Positions 57,815 through 64,000 of a stretch of DNA of 64,000 bases are shown here, one piece after another. Numbering within the stretch: the stretch's first letter is position 1; each line of letters starts with the position of its first letter. Below the pieces are notes generated by a model, which saw only the letters and a list, made by a program, of their open reading frames with translations, made no database searches and had not been told where the DNA came from. The stretch is from contig JALGZR010000012.1 of NCBI GenBank assembly GCA_025774805.1, forward strand, positions 629 to 64,628. Reading direction: 5' to 3'. The stretch comes from a bacterium (GTDB taxonomy: Bacteria; ARS69). A program made the translations under genes and the position numbers.

Positions 57815-58250
57815 GACCCCGCTCTCCGGCATCACCCCGGGGGGGGCGGATCGGTCCGAGACCGGTCCGCCCCGTCCAACGAAGGGCCGGCCGGGAACTC
57901 CCGGCGAGGCGAGACCGTTCCCAGGCATCCCGCCAGGGTTCCGAATCCTCGCGGGAAGCTCGCCGTCTCGCCTCGGGAGGGGCTGGCCCGCATTTCTCCA
58001 CAGCCATGCGGCGAGCCGGGGGAGAAACACGGGCCGGACCGACGAGAGGAGACCGGGCGGCGGTGGTTGGATCGCCGGACTAGCCCGGACTATTCATGAA
58101 GGGCCGTCGCGAGATCGTGGAGACGCCCACCGGACGGGCACCCGCAGGGGCTCGAACCCGAGTCGTATCTGAACGATACGTCGCAGGGTGCGTGATGGTG
58201 GTTTCATTGGGGTCTCTCCACCGTTCGAGACCGCGGAGAAGGAGCATCGA

Positions 58251-59192
58251 ATGAGTCGGTCTCTTGCACGCGCCTTTCAGAGCCACCCTGGAGCGGTCCT
58301 CACGCTGGTTCTCGCCCTGGCCGCTCTCGTGGCACCTCCCACCGCGAGAGCCCAGATCGGAGCCCTTCCGGTCCCCACCGACGAGGACTTCGAAGACGAT
58401 CTCGAGATCTACGTCCCGCGACTCGTCATGGGCATCACGGGCCACAGCACCGTGGGGGCCACTGCGATGGACGACCTCAACGACTCCGTCGAGAGCTTGA
58501 ACGCGAAGATCGCCGAGCAGGGGACTTCCGGCGTCGAGTACGGGAAGTTCAATGCGGGCCCCTCCTTCGGCGTCGGGCTCCGGGCCCTGATCTTCCGAAA
58601 GGTCATCCTCACGACGGAGTTCGAGCGCTTCTTCCGGATGGACGAGGTCGGAGGCTTCACTCAGCAGTCGGAGATCACCATTCCGGCCAGCGTGTACACG
58701 GTGACGGCGGGATGGAACTTCCTGAACGAGCCCCACCGTCGCTTCGGCTTCGGGGCGGGAATCGCCCACTGGACGGCGGAGGGCGAACAGGTCTTTCTGG
58801 AGAACGAGGAGGAGATCGGGAAGCTCACCTTCGAGGGTTCGTCTTTCGGGCACCAGTACTTCACGTACCTCGAGATGCCCCTCACCGAGCGGCTCTACGT
58901 GCACGGGGTGATGGGCTGGCGATTCGCCAAGATCGACGATCTGGACTTCGCCGGCGTGGAGACTCTGGATCCTCGGATCACCGACAGCGATTACGTCGAT
59001 CGCTTCGTGTGGAACACGTTCCCCGACGTTCCCCCGCCCCCTCCGCCGGAGGAGAACGGAGAAGAGGAGGAGCCGGAGTTCGTGCCGCAGATCCTGCAGC
59101 GCTTCGACGACGGGGGCAACTCGCTGGACTACTCCGGCTTTTACGGCCGCATGGGATTCACGATCTACTGGAATCCGCCGGACCGCTTCTGA
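58251..59192 (+). CDS. Putative outer-membrane beta-barrel protein
   Basis: AAGGAG RBS; signal peptide ending ARA; amphipathic aromatic beta strands; LDYSGFYGRMGFTIYW end. Confidence 0.65.
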   Translation: MSRSLARAFQSHPGAVLTLVLALAALVAPPTARAQIGALPVPTDEDFEDDLEIYVPRLVMGITGHSTVGATAMDDLNDSVESLNAKIAEQGTSGVEYGKFNAGPSFGVGLRALIFRKVILTTEFERFFRMDEVGGFTQQSEITIPASVYTVTAGWNFLNEPHRRFGFGAGIAHWTAEGEQVFLENEEEIGKLTFEGSSFGHQYFTYLEMPLTERLYVHGVMGWRFAKIDDLDFAGVETLDPRITDSDYVDRFVWNTFPDVPPPPPPEENGEEEEPEFVPQILQRFDDGGNSLDYSGFYGRMGFTIYWNPPDRF

Positions 59193-59242
59193 CAGACCGC
59201 CTCTGACGGGCGCGGCATCGCTCCCGGAGCTCCCGAGGACCC

Positions 59243-60526
59243 CTATGGGGTCCCCGTCTCGATCTCCGCGTCCTCGAGATCGGGATAGAGGGGATACTCG
59301 GCCGCCAGAGCCTCCACCTCCCCCTTCAGCGACGCCTTCACGCCCTCGTCCTCGGCGAGATTCTCGAGCGTTCGTCCGATGAGCGACGCGATCCGCCGCA
59401 TCGCCTTCGGGCCCATGCCGCGCGATGTGATCGCCGGAGTGCCGACCCGGATGCCGCTCGTGATGGTCGGCTTCTTGGTGTCGAACGGGATCGCGTTCTT
59501 GTTCACCGTGATCCCGACCTCGTTCAAGAGCCGTTCGGCCTTCTTTCCCGAGATCCCCTTCGGAGTCATGTCCACGAGCATGAGGTGATTGTCGGTTCCG
59601 CCGGAGACGAGGCGAAAGCCTTCCTCGATCAGGGCCTCGGCGAGGACGTGCGCGTTCTCCACGATCTTCGCCGCGTAATCCCGGAACCCCGGGTGGAGCG
59701 CCTCTCCGAAGCAGACCGCCTTCGCGGCGATGACGTGGCAGAGGGGCCCGCCCTGCATCCCGGGAAAGTTCGTCTTGTCGATCCGTTGGGAAAGGTCCTC
59801 CGTGCAGAGGATGAATCCCGAGCGGGGTCCGCGAAGCGTCTTGTGCGTGGTGGAGGTCACGACGTCGGAGTGCGGCACGGGGGAGTCGTGCACGCCGCCC
59901 GCCACCAACCCGGCGAAGTGCGCCATATCGGTCAAGAAGTAGGCGCCGATCTCGTGGGCGATCTCCCGGAAGGCGGGGAAGTCCCAGGCCCGGGGATAGG
60001 CGCTCCCTCCGGCGACGACCATCTTCGGCCGGTGCTCTCGGGCGAGATCTCTCACCCGATCGAGATCGATGCGCTCCGTTTCCCGGTCGACCTCGTAGTG
60101 GACCACGTTGAAGAACCGCCCCGAGAAGTTGGCCGGATGACCGTGCGTGAGGTGGCCACCGTGGGCGAGCGAGAGCCCGAGCAGCCCGTCGCCCGGCTCG
60201 AGCAGGGAAAAGTAGGCGGTCAGGTTCGCGGTGGACCCGGAGTGAGCCTGCACGTTCGCGTGCTCGGCTCCGAAGAGCTCCTTGGCGCGCTCGATGGCCA
60301 AAGTCTCCGTCTTGTCGACCTCGGAGCAACCGCCGTAGTAGCGGCGACGGGGATACCCCTCGGCGTACTTGTTCGTGAGCGGAGAGCCGACCGTCTCCAG
60401 CACGGCCCGACTGACGAAGTTCTCGGACGCGATGAGCTCGATCCCTTCGTTTTGACGGCGGACCTCCCCCTGGACCGCCTCGTACACGGCACGGTCCGTC
60501 TTCCTGAGCGACTCGAACTTGGACAT
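59243..60526 (-). CDS. glyA: Serine hydroxymethyltransferase
   Basis: [44 protein letters not shown]. Confidence 0.98.
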   Translation of the reverse strand: MSKFESLRKTDRAVYEAVQGEVRRQNEGIELIASENFVSRAVLETVGSPLTNKYAEGYPRRRYYGGCSEVDKTETLAIERAKELFGAEHANVQAHSGSTANLTAYFSLLEPGDGLLGLSLAHGGHLTHGHPANFSGRFFNVVHYEVDRETERIDLDRVRDLAREHRPKMVVAGGSAYPRAWDFPAFREIAHEIGAYFLTDMAHFAGLVAGGVHDSPVPHSDVVTSTTHKTLRGPRSGFILCTEDLSQRIDKTNFPGMQGGPLCHVIAAKAVCFGEALHPGFRDYAAKIVENAHVLAEALIEEGFRLVSGGTDNHLMLVDMTPKGISGKKAERLLNEVGITVNKNAIPFDTKKPTITSGIRVGTPAITSRGMGPKAMRRIASLIGRTLENLAEDEGVKASLKGEVEALAAEYPLYPDLEDAEIETGTP

Positions 60527-60538
60527 GTCGACCTCTTT

Positions 60539-61027
60539 CTAAGAGTGATCCGCGTCTCCGGCGGCCATCTCGAGAATACGGGGGATACCCTCGCGAAACA
60601 GGGCCTCGATCTTCGCGAACGTGCGACGGTACGAATCGACGTTGCCGCCGAGAGGATCGGCGACGCTCGCCTCGGAGCCCTCTCTCCCCGCGAGGGCCCC
60701 CAGAAGCCGTGTCTTCGTGTCGGCGGCGGGCGAGAGTCCGAGGACGCCCGAGCGGTGACCCGGCTCCATCACCAGCACCAGATCGGCCTCGTCGATCCGG
60801 TCCGCAGTGAGGCTCCGGCTCTGGAAGCCCTCGAGATCGAGGCCGTTCTCCCGCGCGATCTCGAGGGCGCCCGGAGAGGCGAGACCCCCCTCCCTCGCCT
60901 GGATGCCGGCGGACGAGAACTCGAACCCGCCTTCCCCCTCGCGCTCGACGAATCCCCTCGCGATCGCCTCCGCGAGAGGACTCCGGCAGGTGTTTCCGGT
61001 ACACACGAACAGAACGCGAAACGGCAT
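60539..61027 (-). CDS. Low-molecular-weight protein Arg/Tyr phosphatase (YwlE-like)
   Basis: FVCTGNTCRSPLAE P-loop; DP motif; located between tsaC and glyA. Confidence 0.9.
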   Translation of the reverse strand: MPFRVLFVCTGNTCRSPLAEAIARGFVEREGEGGFEFSSAGIQAREGGLASPGALEIARENGLDLEGFQSRSLTADRIDEADLVLVMEPGHRSGVLGLSPAADTKTRLLGALAGREGSEASVADPLGGNVDSYRRTFAKIEALFREGIPRILEMAAGDADHS

Positions 61028-61044
61028 GGACACCTCGGGCGGGT

Positions 61045-61713
61045 TCAGCGGGACTCGAATTGACGAAGGGCGGGGACGACCGCTCCCCGGCGCAAGATCT
61101 CGGCGTGGGGCCCCGTGCAATCGACGATCGTGGAGGGAACGGAAGCCGGCGCCGGTCCGCCGTCGAGAACGAGGTCGACTCCGTTCCCGAAGATCTCGAG
61201 AACCTCCGCCGCCGAAGCCGCCGGCCTCTCTCCCGACAGGTTCGCGCTCGGGGCCGCGAACGGCCCTCGGACCGCGGCGAGCAGGTCGAGAAGAAGGTCA
61301 TCGCCGGGGATCCGGACCGCGACCGTGCGCCGCGCGGCGACGACCTCGGTCGGAAGGTCCTCCTCGGCGGGAAGGACGAGCGTAAGTGGGCCGGGCCAAT
61401 GCGCCGATCCGAGGCGGCGGGCGACCGGGGTGAGGTGGGACGTCACCGCCCGCACTTCGATCCACGACGCGGCCAGGAGGACGAACGGCTTCGCCTTCGG
61501 CCGCTCCTTCAGTTCGACAAGGCGGCGGAGCGCGTCGGGGCAATTCACGCTGGCCAGGAGACCGTAGGTGGTGTCGGTCCGGCCGGCGACGATCCCACCC
61601 CTCTGGAGGAGGAGGGCGATACGGTGCAGGACCCCCGGGTCCGGGGCGGAGTGATCGACGGACACGACCTCGGGGGAGTCGCTACTTGGCTGCGAGCTCG
61701 GTCTTGTACTCAT
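61045..61713 (-). CDS. tsaC: L-threonylcarbamoyladenylate synthase (TsaC/Sua5)
   Basis: TDTTYGL, KER..KP, WPGPLT, AVRIP, PSANLSG, PSTIVD; start uncertain. Confidence 0.9.
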   Translation of the reverse strand: MSTRPSSQPSSDSPEVVSVDHSAPDPGVLHRIALLLQRGGIVAGRTDTTYGLLASVNCPDALRRLVELKERPKAKPFVLLAASWIEVRAVTSHLTPVARRLGSAHWPGPLTLVLPAEEDLPTEVVAARRTVAVRIPGDDLLLDLLAAVRGPFAAPSANLSGERPAASAAEVLEIFGNGVDLVLDGGPAPASVPSTIVDCTGPHAEILRRGAVVPALRQFESR

Positions 61714-62146
61714 CGAGCCTCTTCTCGATCTCGGGATCGTTCAGACCCAGGATCTGGGCCGCGAAGATCGCGGCATTCTTCCCCCCCGCGACTCCGATCG
61801 CCATCGTGGCCACCGGCACTCCGGGGGGCATCTGGACGATGGCGTGGAGCGAGTCCACCCCCGAGAGATGGGATCCGGCCAGTGGCACTCCGATCACCGG
61901 AACCGTGGTCATCGACGCGACCACCCCGGGGAGTGCCGCGGCCATTCCGGCCCCGCAGATGATCACCTGGTACCCCCGGGCCCGCGCGCCCATCGCGATC
62001 TCGCGGGTCCGTTCCGGGGCGCGGTGCGCCGACGAGACGACGAAGTCGCCGGTGAGTCCGAACTTCTCCAGATAGTCGAGGCACCCCTGCATCGCCTCCC
62101 GGTCACTCTCGCTTCCCACCATCACGAGGACGCGTTTGGACATCAT
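61682..62146 (-). CDS. purE: N5-CAIR mutase
   Basis: GSESD, SAHRAPE, AGMAAALPG, PVIGVP, QMPPGVPVAT. Confidence 0.97.
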   Translation of the reverse strand: MMSKRVLVMVGSESDREAMQGCLDYLEKFGLTGDFVVSSAHRAPERTREIAMGARARGYQVIICGAGMAAALPGVVASMTTVPVIGVPLAGSHLSGVDSLHAIVQMPPGVPVATMAIGVAGGKNAAIFAAQILGLNDPEIEKRLDEYKTELAAK

Positions 62147-63447
62147 CCGGTCTCCTCATTCACGGTGGCAGTCTCGGCCAATCCCTTCTCTCCGATGTCC
62201 GTCCGGTGGAACATCCCCTCGAACCGGATCGTGGCAAGCGTCCGGTGGGCCGCTTCGCGGGCGGCGGCGAGCGTCGGGCCCAGGCCCGTCACGGCGAGAA
62301 CTCTCCCGCCCGCGGTGACGATTCGCCCGTCCTCGCGCCGGGCGGTCCCGGCGTGGAAGACGATCGCGTCGTCGCGCTGGTCCTCCTCCTCGAGCCCGGT
62401 GATCGTCCGTCCCGGGTCCGATCTCCGCGGATATCCCGCCGACGCGGCCACCACGGTGAGCGCGGCGCCCGGCCGAGTTCTCGGCGGCGGAGCCGAGGCC
62501 AGGTTTCCGCGGGCACACGCGGCGAACAGTTCGAGCGCGTCCCCGTCGAGAAGGGGCAGAACCACCTGAGCCTCCGGATCGCCGAAGCGCACGTTGTATT
62601 CGAGAACCTTCAGTCCCTGCGACGTGAACATCAGCCCCGCATAGAGCACGCCGCGGAAGTCGATCCCCTGCCGCGCGAGTCCCTCGACGATCGGCGTGAC
62701 GGCCGAGGCCACCGCCGCCTCCAGAGCCTTCCCGCCGAGAGGAGGATAGGGAGCGTACGCGCCCATGCCTCCGGTGTTCGGCCCGCGATCGCCGTCGTAG
62801 ACCCTCTTGTGATCCTGGCTCGGCACGAGCGTTCGAATCTCGTCTCCGGCGACGACGGCCATGACCGAGGCCTCGTCCCCTTCCAGCCACTCCTCGAGAA
62901 CGAGTCGAGACCCCGCCTCACCGAAGACCTTCTCCTCCACCGCGCGCCGCACGGCGTCGAGAGCCGCGTCCCGGTTCTCCGCCATCACGACGCCCTTGCC
63001 GGCGGCGAGGCCGTCGGCCTTGACCGCGACGCGCTCTCCGAGCTCTTCGAGGGCCCGGGCCGCCTCGTCCCGGCTTCCCACGGTGATGGCGCGCGCGGTC
63101 GGCACGCCGCAGTCACGCATCCACTTCTTCGCGTGCACCTTGCTGCCCTCGAGTCGCGCCGCCTCACGGCCGGCGCCGAACACGAGAGCTCCCTCCCGCC
63201 GGAGGTGATCGGCGAGCCCGGCCACGAGCGGGGCCTCGGGCCCGACCACGACGAGATCGATGTCCTCGCGCCGGCAGTACGACACGACTTCGTCCCCGCG
63301 CGAGGGATCGAGGACGGCGTTCTCCGCGAGACGGGCCGTGCCCGCGTTGCCCGGCGCGCAGACCAGCCGGCCGCAGGCGGAGCTCTTCGCGATCGCCCAC
63401 GCGAGCGCGTGTTCGCGGCCCCCGCTTCCCAGAATCAGGACGTTCAC
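62143..63447 (-). CDS. purD: Phosphoribosylamine-glycine ligase
   Basis: GSGGREHA, GPEAPL, KADGLAAGKGV, QDHKR, GPNTGGMG, RFGDPE, GGRVL. Confidence 0.98.
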   Translation of the reverse strand: MNVLILGSGGREHALAWAIAKSSACGRLVCAPGNAGTARLAENAVLDPSRGDEVVSYCRREDIDLVVVGPEAPLVAGLADHLRREGALVFGAGREAARLEGSKVHAKKWMRDCGVPTARAITVGSRDEAARALEELGERVAVKADGLAAGKGVVMAENRDAALDAVRRAVEEKVFGEAGSRLVLEEWLEGDEASVMAVVAGDEIRTLVPSQDHKRVYDGDRGPNTGGMGAYAPYPPLGGKALEAAVASAVTPIVEGLARQGIDFRGVLYAGLMFTSQGLKVLEYNVRFGDPEAQVVLPLLDGDALELFAACARGNLASAPPPRTRPGAALTVVAASAGYPRRSDPGRTITGLEEEDQRDDAIVFHAGTARREDGRIVTAGGRVLAVTGLGPTLAAAREAAHRTLATIRFEGMFHRTDIGEKGLAETATVNEETG

Positions 63448-63529
63448 GAGATCCTCCCCGTTCGGCGACCGGGCCGGCCCGTCCCACCCTGCTCGACCGC
63501 CGCCGCGGCGAGCCGCGTGAGAGAGCGGG

Positions 63530-64000
63530 CTAGTCGGCGAACACCCGGCGAGCTTCCACGATTCGCCGGTGAAAGTAGGCGTCCATCAGGTAGTCGATCA
63601 CGACTCCCCGTGAGGAGGATGCGTGAATGAACCGGTTCGAGTCGAGAGCGATTCCCACGTGATTCACCCGCGAGGAGTCCAGCCGGAAGAAGATCAGATC
63701 GCCCGCCGCCAGCTTCTTGACGGGGATCGACCGTCCGGCCCGCTGCTGGGCCCGGACGGTCCGGGGCAGAGACGCACCCAGCTCTCCCAGGACGGCCTGG
63801 GTGAGCGCGGAGCAGTCCACCCCGCGGCGATCCACCCCCCCGTATCGATAGGGCGTGCCCAGCCAGGACCTCGACGCCTCCTCGACCCGTGCGCGAGCCG
63901 GGAGCCGGACGGCGGGGGAGGCCAGGCCGGGCCGTGCCGCCCGCCCGGAGTCGGGAGAGCGATGGATCGGCTTGGGCCCACACCCGATGGCCAGGAGCAG
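63530..64000 (-). CDS. NlpC/P60 (C40) peptidase lipoprotein, 5' end outside the window
   Basis: LAIGC lipobox at the window edge; WLGTPYRYGG, DCSA, GDLIFF, HVGI, FIHASSSRGV. Confidence 0.9.
   Translation of the reverse strand: MLLAIGCGPKPIHRSPDSGRAARPGLASPAVRLPARARVEEASRSWLGTPYRYGGVDRRGVDCSALTQAVLGELGASLPRTVRAQQRAGRSIPVKKLAAGDLIFFRLDSSRVNHVGIALDSNRFIHASSSRGVVIDYLMDAYFHRRIVEARRVFAD

Noticed and set aside
59243-64000. Novelty in the purD-purE-tsaC-phosphatase-glyA block
   Set aside because: Ordinary housekeeping arrangement; only the absence of rpiB between the phosphatase and glyA was noted

Overview
GC-rich, gene-dense chromosomal window, probably from an FCB-superphylum lineage outside Bacteroidota (Eisenbacteria/Krumholzibacteriota/Latescibacterota-like). 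That placement is inferred from four secreted proteins with FlgD-Ig/T9SS-like C-terminal domains, a gingipain-like C25 protease and a TonB-dependent receptor. The right end is housekeeping (C40 peptidase, purD, purE, tsaC, LMW phosphatase, glyA). The rest is accessory: two Ser/Thr kinases, STAS/PP2C/response-regulator proteins, secreted proteases (S8, C25, M16, transglutaminase-like), a fused aconitase-family gene coupled to a DSD1-like PLP enzyme opposite iscS, and two frameshifted genes. The best candidate for an undescribed system is 45965-54314. It encodes an atypical 602-aa SDR-fold protein translationally coupled to a ~1600-aa adenylation/helical/kinase-like/GNAT fusion, followed by a FadD-type ligase, downstream of an M16 peptidase and a TonB receptor. 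The second notable signal is two families of CTAG-bounded non-autonomous inverted-repeat elements whose CTAG supplies the TAG stop of six neighbouring genes. No rRNA, tRNA, CRISPR array or transposase was recognised. All calls come from motifs read by eye; no database searches were run.
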